From Candidatus Sulfomarinibacteraceae bacterium (lineage in GTDB: Bacteria > Acidobacteriota > Thermoanaerobaculia > Thermoanaerobaculales > Sulfomarinibacteraceae), in NCBI GenBank assembly GCA_963796455.1, contig CAWCLO010000010.1, positions 704,001 to 768,000 on the forward strand: a stretch of 64,000 bases of DNA, given 5' to 3'. Below, in pieces: positions 46,343 to 56,837 of this stretch (its first letter is position 1; each line of letters begins with the position of its first letter). The notes beneath the pieces are model-generated. The model ran no database searches and had not been told where the DNA came from. It saw only the letters and a program-made list of their open reading frames with translations. The translations under genes and the position numbers were made by a program.

Positions 46343-48437
46343 TCCTCTCGATCGCTGGCGGGTCATCGGGGTTCTTTCGACCGCGGTGATCGTGCTCTGT
46401 GTGCCGGTCTGGCTCCTCCGCCACGGACAGGCGGGCACGGCCAGCAACGACGCTGCCGGCGACGCCACATTCACCGGCCGCGAGGTCTGTCGCCCCTGCC
46501 ACGAGATTGAGTATTCGACTTTTCAAGGTTCGGATCACGATCTCGCCATGGATGTGGCCGATGAGACGACCGTGCTGGGGGATTTTGACGACGCCGTCTT
46601 CACCTCGAAGGGCATCGAGTCTCGGTTTTTTCGCCGCGATGGCGGGTTCTATGTCCGCACCGAGGGCCCGAGCGGAGATCTGGAAGACTTCGAGATCACC
46701 CATGTATTCGGATACGATCCGCTGCAGCAGTATCTGATCCCCTTCCCGGGGGGGCGCCTGCAATGCCTGAACATCTCCTGGGACTCTGAGCGTGGGCAGT
46801 GGTTCGACCTCGCTCAGGATCAGGTGATACCGCCAACCGACTGGTTGCATTGGACCCGTGCGGCGCAGAACTGGAACGGCATGTGCGCCGAGTGCCACTC
46901 GACCAATCTTCAGAAGAACTTCGACGCAACGACAAATTCATACGACACCACCTGGTCGGAGATCGATGTCAGCTGCGAGACCTGCCACGGCCCGGGCTCG
47001 CGGCATGTGGACTGGGCGGAGATCCAGCCGATGGCGCGACCGTTGATTGAAAACTTCGGTCTGGTTGTTCGCACCGGCGGCATCACATCGACCGAACAGG
47101 TCGAGCTCTGCGCTCCATGTCATTCCAGGCGGTCTGAGCTTGGGGATTGGGACCACAGCGGACCGGCTCTGATCCACAGCCAGCTCCCATCCCTGCTTCA
47201 GGAGGGCCTGTACCACGCCGATGGACAGATCCTGGACGAGGTCTACGTGTGGGGCTCCTTCACCCAGTCGAAGATGTATGCCAACGACGTCCGCTGCTCC
47301 GATTGCCACGATGTCCACAGCGGCAGGCTCAAATTCGAAGGCAATGATCTGTGTCTGCAGTGCCACCGCGCCGATGCCTACGACACGCGCGACCACCATT
47401 TCCACAAGAAGATCTCCGAGGGGGAGCCCTCGGCGGGTGCTTTGTGCGTGTCCTGCCACATGCCGCAACAGCCCTACATGGTGATCGACGAGAGGGCCGA
47501 CCACAGCCTGCGGGTACCACGGCCGGATCTGAGCCAGAGTCTGGGAACGCCCAACGCCTGTTCCCAGGGCGGCTGCCACGGCGACAAGCCCCTGAGCTGG
47601 TCGGTAGACGCTTTCAACCGGTGGTACGGCCTGGCGAAGAAACCGCACTATGGGCCGACCCTGGCGGCCGGTCGTGAAGGAAGACCGGAGGCGCTCGACG
47701 AGCTCATCCGTCTCGCCGGCGACGAGCTCTACCCGGCCATCGTCCGCGCCACCGCGCTGTCCTTGCTCGGGAGATACCAGGGTGAGACGAGCACGCGGGC
47801 CTTTGCGACGGCGCTTGCCGACCCGGAACCGTTGCTGCGCCACACCGCGGTTTCGAACGTAGTCGCCGCCACGCCCGAAGAGCTGGTGGAACTGGTGGCG
47901 CCTCTTCTTCTCGATCCGATGCGGGCGGTGCGCATGCAGGCGGCCGTGCAACTCGCTGATATCCCGGATCGACTGCTCAAGCCCTACCAGCGGGAGGCGC
48001 TGGCAACAGCTCTGAGTGAATACCGCAAGGCCATGGAACACTCGCTGGACTTCGCCTTTGCCGGTCACAACCTCGGCAACCTCGCAGCCCGCCTCGGCGA
48101 TGCCGCCGATGCCGAAAAGTACTACCGGGCCGCGATCTCCATCGACGATCTCTTCATTCCGGCCACGGCCAACCTGGCGGTGATCCTCAACTCCCAGGGC
48201 CGCAACGACGAGGCCGAGGTCCTGCTGAGGTCGGTGCTCGACGCCTATCCCGAACAATACGAGACTGCCTATTCGCTGGGCCTCCTGTTGGCCGAAATGG
48301 GGCGCTACCCGGAGGCTGAGACCTATCTGGCGCGGGCAGCGACGGGCATGCCGGATCATCCGGGCGCGGCGCGCAACCTGCGGGCGGTTCGCGAATATCT
48401 CGTTCAGATCGGCGCAGGATCCGTCACTCCGGGGTGA
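46332..48437 (+). CDS. Multiheme cytochrome c (7 CxxCH + 1 CX4CH) with HEAT and TPR repeats
   Basis: CRPCH, CAECH, CETCH, CAPCH, CSDCH, CLQCH, CVSCH and CSQGGCH; N-terminal TM; C-terminal HEAT/TPR. Confidence 0.88.
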   Translation: MTVDPLDRWRVIGVLSTAVIVLCVPVWLLRHGQAGTASNDAAGDATFTGREVCRPCHEIEYSTFQGSDHDLAMDVADETTVLGDFDDAVFTSKGIESRFFRRDGGFYVRTEGPSGDLEDFEITHVFGYDPLQQYLIPFPGGRLQCLNISWDSERGQWFDLAQDQVIPPTDWLHWTRAAQNWNGMCAECHSTNLQKNFDATTNSYDTTWSEIDVSCETCHGPGSRHVDWAEIQPMARPLIENFGLVVRTGGITSTEQVELCAPCHSRRSELGDWDHSGPALIHSQLPSLLQEGLYHADGQILDEVYVWGSFTQSKMYANDVRCSDCHDVHSGRLKFEGNDLCLQCHRADAYDTRDHHFHKKISEGEPSAGALCVSCHMPQQPYMVIDERADHSLRVPRPDLSQSLGTPNACSQGGCHGDKPLSWSVDAFNRWYGLAKKPHYGPTLAAGREGRPEALDELIRLAGDELYPAIVRATALSLLGRYQGETSTRAFATALADPEPLLRHTAVSNVVAATPEELVELVAPLLLDPMRAVRMQAAVQLADIPDRLLKPYQREALATALSEYRKAMEHSLDFAFAGHNLGNLAARLGDAADAEKYYRAAISIDDLFIPATANLAVILNSQGRNDEAEVLLRSVLDAYPEQYETAYSLGLLLAEMGRYPEAETYLARAATGMPDHPGAARNLRAVREYLVQIGAGSVTPG

Positions 48438-48593
48438 ACCACCTGTTAGGAATCGCGTATCACCATCGAGGGAAAGCGTGAATTTTCACTTGGAGGTCCC
48501 TCGTCATCGCGTGGTATATTTTCGCTTCAATGCGTTTTCACAGAAATATGAGAGTCCCAAACACTGTTTATTAGAATGAAAAAGGAGTCAGAG

Positions 48594-49161
48594 ATGAAGA
48601 AAACACTTGGATTGATTTTTGTACTCGCCCTGATGGCGACCCCCGTGATGGCGCAGAAGGTCACCATCGACTACGCCCACGATTTTGATTTCGAATCGGT
48701 CAAGACATTCACATACGTCGACACCGAAGATACAAACGTCAAGGGCAATGATCTGATGGCCGGCCGTGTTTCGAGCATGATTCGCCAGGAGTTGATCCAG
48801 GGCGGTCTCAAAGAAGTCAAAGAAGGCGGCGATCTCTACGTGACCTATCACTTCTCATCTCAGGACAATACCGTCTACAACACCACCAACTTCGGCTACG
48901 GTGGATACGGTAGGCGGCTGGGGTGGCTGGGGTTACGGCGGTGGCATGGGCATGGGCTCGTCGACCACCACCGCATCCACTTACACCGAGGGCACACTGG
49001 TGATCGATGCCTACGACAAGACCGATAAAAAGATGGTGTGGCGCGGTTCGGGCACAGTGACGGTCAAAGCCAAACCCGAAAAGCAGACCAAGCAGGTCCA
49101 GAATATTCTCAAAAAGCTCGGCGACAAGTGGGACAAAATCCTCGCCGGCCAGGGCAAGTAA
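48594..49161 (+). CDS. DUF4136-like secreted protein (frameshift near 48910)
   Basis: Signal peptide; DYAHDFDFESVKTF; Gly-rich loop; YTEGTLVID...MVWRG. Confidence 0.8.
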
Positions 49162-49184
49162 ACATTCTCGCAGTAACGTTCATC

Positions 49185-49215
49185 CGCCCGGCCGAAAACG
49201 GCCGGGCGTTTTTTT
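49185..49215 (+). terminator. Intrinsic terminator
   Basis: CGCCCGGCCG-AAAA-CGGCCGGGCG followed by T7. Confidence 0.92.
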
Positions 49216-49363
49216 GTGCCCCCCCGCCAAAACCCTTGACCTTTTTGAGTTGATACTGTATCTCAGGTGTAGGTTCCCCACAGTTGAAGCCCGAATATCC
49301 CCCGGCTGAGGATGTGGGAAATCGATCACGGGAGGGTCTATCCCTCCCTCTCGGAGGGCAACA

Positions 49364-51037
49364 ATGACGAAGGTGGCGATTCTTGGTGGTGGCGTTGGAG
49401 GTATGTCCGCGGCTCATGAACTCGCGGAGCGGGGCTTCGAGGTGGAGATCTATGAACGCAACGTCCTGTGGGGCGGCAAGGCACGCTCCATGGGGGTGCC
49501 GCACACGGCCAAAGACGGCAAAAAACCCCTTCCCGGTGAGCACGGTTTCCGCTTTTTTCCAGGTTTTTATAAGCACGTGACCAATACGCTCGAGAGGATC
49601 CCCTTTCCGGGCAACGAAAACGGGTGCCTCGACAACCTGGTCCCGACCTCGCAGATCGCGCTCTACCGCGAGGATGGCGAACCGATCGTCATGCCGTCTC
49701 ACTTCCCGAAAAACATCGGCGAGTGGAAGGAGGCCTTGCACGCCGCCTTTGGCAGCCATCTCGGGATCTCCAAGAAATCCGCCGGGTTCTTTGTCCACCA
49801 GCTGCTCAAGCTGGCCACCAGTTGCGAGGAGCGCATGGTGGGTGAGTACGAGTACATCCCATGGTGGGTCTATTTGCGGGCCGAGGGCAAGAGCGACGCC
49901 TACCAACGGATGCTCGCCGAAGGTCTGACCCGGTCGCTGGTGGCCATGAAGGCCGAGATCGCCAGCACCCGAACCGTCGGCACCATGCTGCTCCAGATGC
50001 TCTACAACATGATGACCCCAGGGGTGCAGATCGATCGCGTTCTCAATGGGCCCACCAACGAGGTGTGGATCAAGCCCTGGCGCGACTATCTCGAGGGCGA
50101 ACTTAAAGTGAAGATGCATTTGAAGTCCACCGTCAAGGACTTCACCATGGACGATGGTCGGATCTCGTCGGTGACGGTGGATGTGGATGGTTCGGAGCGG
50201 GAGGTGGTGGCCGATCACTACATCTGCGCCCTGCCGGTGGAGAAGCTCGTCAAGCTTCTGACACCGGAGATGAAGGCGGCGAGCCGATCGCTGTCGCACA
50301 TCCACAAGCTCGAGGTGGAATGGATGAACGGCATCCAGTTCTATATCGATCGCGATCTCCCGCTCATCCACGGCCACGCCATCTACGTGGATTCGAAGTG
50401 GGCCCTGACCTCGGTTTCGCAACACCAGTTCTGGAAGGGTGTCGATCTGTCCGAGTACGGGGACGGCAAGGTCAAGGGGATCATCTCGCTCGACCTCTCT
50501 GACTGGACGACCCCGGGGAACAAGGTGGTCTTCAAAGCGGCTGAGGATTGTTCGCCCGAAGAGATCAAGGACGAGTGCCTGGCCCAGCTCAAGGCGCACC
50601 TCGACGAGGAGAGCCGGAAGGCGCTCGAGGGCACCCACCTGATCGCCTGGCACCTCGACCCCGACATCGTCTTTCCGCGCGCCGACAACAAAAACGACCA
50701 CAATATGGAACCGCTTCTGATCAACAAGTCCGGCTCGCTCAAGTATCGGCCTTCGGCCGGCACCGAGATTCCGAATCTCTATCTGGCCTCGGACTACGTG
50801 CACACGGTCACCGACCTCGCCTGTATGGAAGGCGCCAACGAGGCGGCGCGGCGTGCGGTGAACGCCCTGCTCGACCGCGAGGGTTCCAAAGCTGATCGTT
50901 GCAAGCTGTGGCCGTGGGATGTGCCGAAGGTGCTAAGGCTCCTGCAGAAATACGATGAACACAAGTGGCATCACGGCCACCCCCAACACACCGACTTCGA
51001 CAATATGCCCGACGATCTCGAAGAGAAGATCTCGTGA
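49364..51037 (+). CDS. FAD-dependent oxidoreductase (amine oxidase / carotenoid-squalene desaturase-like)
   Basis: ILGGGVGGMSAAHEL, GGKARS, GEHGFRFFPGFY, NLYLASDY..MEGANEAAR. Confidence 0.85.
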   Translation: MTKVAILGGGVGGMSAAHELAERGFEVEIYERNVLWGGKARSMGVPHTAKDGKKPLPGEHGFRFFPGFYKHVTNTLERIPFPGNENGCLDNLVPTSQIALYREDGEPIVMPSHFPKNIGEWKEALHAAFGSHLGISKKSAGFFVHQLLKLATSCEERMVGEYEYIPWWVYLRAEGKSDAYQRMLAEGLTRSLVAMKAEIASTRTVGTMLLQMLYNMMTPGVQIDRVLNGPTNEVWIKPWRDYLEGELKVKMHLKSTVKDFTMDDGRISSVTVDVDGSEREVVADHYICALPVEKLVKLLTPEMKAASRSLSHIHKLEVEWMNGIQFYIDRDLPLIHGHAIYVDSKWALTSVSQHQFWKGVDLSEYGDGKVKGIISLDLSDWTTPGNKVVFKAAEDCSPEEIKDECLAQLKAHLDEESRKALEGTHLIAWHLDPDIVFPRADNKNDHNMEPLLINKSGSLKYRPSAGTEIPNLYLASDYVHTVTDLACMEGANEAARRAVNALLDREGSKADRCKLWPWDVPKVLRLLQKYDEHKWHHGHPQHTDFDNMPDDLEEKIS

Positions 51038-51883
51038 CCACCGAAGCGGTCATCGAGTACTACGACAGCTGCCACGTGGACTACAAGATCCTGTGGCGGT
51101 CGCACCGCAATTTGTGCATCCACTTCGGCTATTTCGACAACGAGCACGACAACCACCACGAGGCTCTTCCCAATATGAATCGGGTGCTCGCCGACCGGGC
51201 CGGGATCAGCTCCTCGGACACGGTGCTCGATGCCGGATGCGGTGTCGGTGGAAGTTCGATGTGGCTGGCCGAGAACCGCGGTGCGACGGCGTGCGGGATC
51301 AACATCCAACCACTCCACCTCAAGCTCGCTCGCGAGGAAGCCGCCCGGCGCGGTCTCGACCACCTGGTTCGATTCGAGGAGCGCAACTACTGCGATTCCG
51401 GTCTCCCGGCAGGATCCTTCGATGTGGTCTGGGGTCTGGAGAGCATCTGTCACTGCGAAGACAAACAGGCTTTCATCAACGAGGCCTTCCGGGTTCTCAA
51501 ACCCGGCGGGCGGATCATGGTGGCTGATTTTTTCCAGTTCAAACCCGAAATGGACGCCGACGAAACACTCGAGGATGCAGCTGTGGCTCGACGGCTGGGC
51601 CCTGCCCAATCTCGCGCAGGTGGATGACTTCGAAACAGGCCTGAAAAGTGCCGGCTTTGAGTCAGTCGGTCAGGAGGACATCACCGCCAACGTGCTGCGT
51701 TCTTCGCGCCGGATCTGGAAGGCGAGCCTGATCATGATGCCGCTGTCGAAGCCGCTCGAGCTGATCGGCGTCAGCACCAAGCGGCAAACCGCCAACGTGG
51801 TGGCGTCGTATCACCAGTACACGACGATTCGTGAGGGGCTGTGGGGTTATTCGGTGTTCACGGCGACGAAGCCCGCGAACTGA
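51034..51883 (+). CDS. SAM-dependent methyltransferase, tocopherol/sterol-C-methyltransferase-like (frameshift near 51560)
   Basis: IHFGYFD, VLDAGCGVGG, FDVVWGLESICH, RVLKPGG; GTGA overlap with the upstream stop. Confidence 0.85.
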
Positions 51884-51892
51884 CGTCGGCAG

Positions 51893-52212
51893 ATCTGTCG
51901 CCCCTCCGGGGCTTATCAGATATTTGACCCTCGTCTCCTGGGGCTCACGCCCCACGCTACGGAGCTTTCGCAGCTCCGCGGCTTCTTGTGGTCGAGGTTC
52001 CCAGTCCGCTGACGACGCGGTCCGTCTGCCTACTCATTGAAATCTCTGTGTCCTTCTCCGTGCCTCTGTGTCTCTGTGGTTGTCCGGATGGATGCTTTGC
52101 GGGAACTCGCCGGAACGACGAAACCCCGAAGGGGTGACAGATCATGAGCCTGGGGCGTGAGCCCAGGTTCACGGATCCACTGCAAATTCCGAGCCCCGGA
52201 GAGGCGACAGAA
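51893..52212. repeat. REPIN-like inverted doublet of REP-like units with a nested CTCTGTG arm
   Basis: TCTGTCGCCCCTCCGGGGCT mirrors AGCCCCGGAGAGGCGACAGA; CTGGGGCTCACGCCCCA mirrors TGGGGCGTGAGCCCAG; CTCTGTG array at 52044-52081. Confidence 0.75.
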
Positions 52213-52302
52213 ATCGTGGGCAGGAAGGAAAGGGGGACCACCAACCCTCCCGTGAGTTCGAGGGCTCGATCTCCCTTTCTCCCTCTGCTCCCCTTCTCCC
52301 TT

Positions 52303-55300
52303 TCACCCTACCTCGAACCCCGGCGCATTGACCGCAACCATGGCCTCGAGGTTCTGAACCCGTTGTTCACGGGCCCAGCGCTCCACCGGCGCGATGAGCT
52401 CGCGGCCTTCGTCGCCGCCGATGAGGTGGCCAAGCCTGAAACGTGCGCAGTTCGCATACAGGCCCAAACGGTCGGATTCGAACTCGCGGACCGCTTTTTC
52501 GAGCTCGCTTACGGCGCGCACAGCGTTTCGCTCGCGGTGGGCCAGGGCGGCGCGGATGAAATGACCGCCGCCCCGGGCGAAATGGGGTTTCATGCGAGAA
52601 AGGATCCGGGCGCTCCTGCGAGCCTGATCGAGAGCCTCCTCTGCCCGGCCGGCCTGGGACGCCGTTGCCAAGGCGGCGCGGCCGCGAAGAAAGTTCATAT
52701 AGACCCGGACGATCTCCACGTGGAGCAGCAGAGCCCGCCGCAGCAGCGGCCACTCGGTTGTGACGGACTCCAGGGCGTCGGACGATCGTCCCTCGTAGAG
52801 GGCGATCTCGCTCTTCGCGCTCAGCAGGGTGAAGTGGTAGACCTGGTACTCCACATCCCGCCAGTGATCCTCGACGTCGGCGATGGCCTCCCGGGCACCT
52901 TGAGGGTCGTCTGCGGCGAGCCAGACAAAGGGCCCGCCAAAGGTCGTGAGCTGGCTCTCGGCCAGCACCGCACCACGCTCGCGGGTGGTGGCGAGAAGCG
53001 AGTCCTGACGGTCGGCGAGTTCGGCGAGGTCGCCCATGTAGTAACAGTCCCAGTAGGGGAACGAGTGGCTCTGGTCCAGCTCCCACGCCGCACCGATGCA
53101 CTCGTCGCGAAAGATCCTTGCTGCGGCATCACCGTGGCGCCGCGAGGTCTCGAAGTCGCAGAGGAAGAATGCCGCGACGCTGCGCGCCAGATCCACCGTG
53201 CCCCGTGCCATGGGCTCATCGAGCTCGCGCGCGAGTTGGCCGGCCTTGTCGAGCAGGCGGTCAACCGTCCCTCGAAATCGTTGACCCACCATGGCCACGT
53301 GCGAGGCCTCCCACGCAAGGGCGCGGGAAATCCGAAAGGGTTCGCCCGCCTTGAGCGAAAGGAGCAGATTGTGGTTCTGCAGATCGGCGGCAGGAATGGG
53401 GTCGATCATGGTGATGCCGCCGGCAACCTCCCACGACAAATCGATGCGGTCGAGCTTCTCCTGCGGGATCTGTGTCGGCTCTCGGCGGCGAAAGCGGGTG
53501 CCGCGGAGCATGAGGGCAAAGCGCCTGCGGATCAGCGAAAAGAGAGCGGCCCGCCGGGTCGGGGGCAGCTTGAGCCCGATGTGATCGAGCACCCCGCGAA
53601 AGGCCTGGCGCCCCTCGTCGATATGACCGGCGACGCAATACTGATAGCCGGCCCGTTCGAGCAGCCGGAAGGCCTCGTCACCCTCGATCCCCTCGGCGGC
53701 CTCGAGATACTCCCTGGCCGCCTCGGCTCCGCGCCCGGCGTTGGCCAGGGCGTCGGCGAGCTTGCTGCGGAGCCTTCGCTCTTCGTCCGGGCCGAGATCG
53801 CGAAGCGCGATCGTCTCGCGATACAGGGTTGCCGCCCGGTCGAAGGCCAGGGCCCTGGCGGCCTGTTCCGCCGCCTGCTCGTAGAAACCACCGGCCAGAG
53901 CCAGTTCGCCGGCCCCGTGGTAGTGGTTCGCGATGGTTTCAGGGTCTGCCTTGCCTATGGCCTCGAGAGAACGTGCCAGACCCAGGTGGTGTCGGCGGCG
54001 GGTCACCTCGTCGAGATGCTCGACCACGCTCTCGCGGATCCGGTCGTGGAAGGCCTCGATGTCGTCGTTCAGCCCGGGACCGGTTCGACGAATGAGATGA
54101 CCGGCGCGGAGGGTGGCGATTCCCGGCTGGCCCGATGCATTGATGCCTGAAGCGTCGTAGGCGTGGCGCAGCGGCATCGGTCGGCCGGCGACGGCGATCA
54201 CCTCGAGCATTCGGCGGGGAGTTTCCGGCAATCGTTGAACCCGCGCCCACAGGGCCTCGTCGAGATCGACCTGGCTGAGAGCGGTGTCGCCGCCGTCGTG
54301 TTGGAGATCCAAGCGGGCCTGGCTGGTCAACTCGTAGACGAAATAGGGGTTGCCGCCGGACTCGCGCGCAATCGATTCGGCGCGTCCGCGGATGTTGTCG
54401 CCGGTGTCCCCGAGGAGGTCGACGGCGAGCGCCAGGGAATCCTCTGCCGACAAAGGCCCAACCTCGATCTCGTCGATCACGACCTTTTCGTTGTCAGATG
54501 ATCCGGGTGAAGGCAGCGCCAGAAGGCAGGGGCTCGTCTCTCGATACTCGCTGCGATAGCTGGCGAGAAAGAGCAGGCGCGGTGGAAACCGCGCCTGGAC
54601 GGCGTCTCTGAGAAAAACCGCGCTGTCGGCGTCGCCCCACTGGAGATCATCGATGTAGACCACCAGTCGTTTCCGTTCGCCGATTCGGCGCAGCAATTCC
54701 GCCAGGGCGTCAAAAGCGACTCTCCGAAGCTCAAAAGGATCGGGGATGTTGCGCGGCGGCGCGAGCCTGACCCCATCGACGCGTTCGAGAACCGGGAAAA
54801 TGCGAGCCAGGGCGGCGACGTCGGAAGGCAGGACCTCGCGACTCTCATGATCGGGCAACGGTGAGCAGGAGACGGCTCAGCGAATCGATCAGGCTGTCGA
54901 GTGCTTTGTAGGGAACCGATTCCTGTTCGTAGCACCGGCCTGCGAGGACGACGGTGTCATCCGCTTCCTCGACGCTGGTCAGGAAGCGGTTGATCAGTGC
55001 GCTCTTGCCGGCGCCCGAACGGCCGTGGATGTGGAGCATGTGAGCCATGGCCGTCGTGCACCTCGGCCATCGCGCGGTGCAGGGTGTCGAGTTGATGCTG
55101 GCGGCCGATAAACGGCAGCCTGACTCTCGGTATCGGTGCCTTCGGCCTCCACATCGGGCATCTCGACGCGCAGAGCCTCCAGCAGTTCGTCGCCCGAGGG
55201 GCGGTCTTCCGGTTCGCGGGAGAGCAGGGCGGAACAGATTCGGGCCAGGTCCTCCGGGAGCTTCGGCACCAGATCTGTCGGTCGGGGCGGGTCCTTTTTC

Positions 55301-56070
55301 TGCTTGCCCAGCAGCACTTCTTCGGCGGTGCCGTTGAACGGTCGGCTGCCGGTCAGTGCCTCGAAGAGCACCACCCCGACGGCGTACCAGTCCGAGGCTT
55401 CAGTCAGCGTGCCGCCGGCCGCCTGTTCGGGCGCCATGTAGGGAATCGAGCCCACGACCCGCCCATCTGTTGCGATGGATTCCATGTAGTAATCGGTGCC
55501 GAGGTAGTCGCGAATGTCGCGGTCCTTGGATTCGGTGTCATCGGCAAGGTCTTTGACGAGGCCGAAATCGAGCAGCAAGACCCGCCCATCGCCGCGGACC
55601 AGGACGTTGGAAGGCTTGATGTCGCGGTGGAGCTTGCCCCGTCGATGGAGGGTGTGAACTCCCTCGACGAGCTGAAACGTTGCCTTCCGCAGGCGTTCAT
55701 AGTCCATGATGTCGCCGAGAGAATCAGCCCGAATCGACATGGTCGGGTCGTCCTCGACCACATCGATTTCCGGCATCGGGCGGACGTGGGCGAGAAAGTC
55801 CTGACCATCGACCAACTCCATCGTGTAGAACCACTCGCGACCGTCGGAGACCAGTTCATAGAGGCGGATGAGATTCGGGTGGACGATATTGGCGAGCGAC
55901 CGGAATTCCTGTTTGAAACGATAAAGCTCGAGCGGCCGCAGACGTTGCATCGTTTTGAGGGCGACCCGGGTGTCCTGTTCGAGATCGACCGCCTCGAAGA
56001 CCACACCCATCCCACCGGCGCCGATCTCGCGCACGATCTCAAAACGTTCGCTGCCTTCGAATCCGGACAT
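52303..56070 (-). CDS. Ser/Thr kinase fused to an AAA/STAND-like ATPase and helical repeats (split by ~3 frameshifts)
   Basis: Kinase [25 protein letters not shown]; Walker A GRSGAGKS; Walker [16 protein letters not shown]. Confidence 0.85.
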
Positions 56071-56276
56071 GAACGAGCGGTGCCCCCCATCAGTTCTTTT
56101 CTTATCGCGAGTCGATGCCTCTCAATGTATTGCCGGTCGCAACTGAAATCAAGTATCAAGCTCAACTATTGCAACATCCGAGGGGCGATCGATAATCCCG
56201 ACGACCGTGGGCTCTGGTGTATCGTGACGGGAACAGATCATGGTGGTTCGAGGCCCCGGAGAGAAAGGTCGATCTC

Positions 56277-56804
56277 ATGAGCGCACGGCAGAAACTGATC
56301 CACGAACTCATCGATATGACGGTCCTTTGGCTCTACTTTGTCGTCTGGATCGGTGTTTTCATTGTGCTCAAGAAGCTGATTCTGCGCGAGTACCACATCG
56401 AGTTCACCGGGCTTTCCGCGGTGATCATCGGTGCCCTCATTCTCGCCAAGGTCGTGCTGATCCTCCGTAACGTCCCGCTCGGCAGGTGGACCACCAACCG
56501 GCCGGCCTGGGTGGATGTGGTTTTGCGGACCGCCCTGTATGGGATCGGGGTTCTGATCATGCTCCTCCTCGAAAAGGGATTCGAAGGCCGGCACGAGTAC
56601 GGTGGTTTTGCGGCCTCTCTGAAATCGGTCTTTCAACATGCGGATATCGGGCATGTCTGGGCAAATGCCATCTGCATCACCGCATCGTTGTTGGTTTACA
56701 ACGCGTTCTCGGTGGTCAGCGAACAGCTCGGCGAGGGCGGGCTACGGCGATTGTTTCTCGAGCCCCTTCCCGAGGCCGTTGACGAGGAGCACGAAACCGC
56801 CTGA
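56277..56804 (+). CDS. Hypothetical 4-TM membrane protein
   Basis: Four hydrophobic segments (ALILAKVVLI motif); RBS AAGG. Confidence 0.75.
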   Translation: MSARQKLIHELIDMTVLWLYFVVWIGVFIVLKKLILREYHIEFTGLSAVIIGALILAKVVLILRNVPLGRWTTNRPAWVDVVLRTALYGIGVLIMLLLEKGFEGRHEYGGFAASLKSVFQHADIGHVWANAICITASLLVYNAFSVVSEQLGEGGLRRLFLEPLPEAVDEEHETA

Positions 56805-56837
56805 TCCGGTCGATTGAGGTCGTGAGAGAATGACCCG

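Noticed and set aside
52144..54150. 668-aa plus-strand ORF (and similar long antisense ORFs such as 19042..20889 and 49109..50803)
   Set aside because: These are antisense shadows of well-supported genes in GC-rich DNA and carry no motifs.
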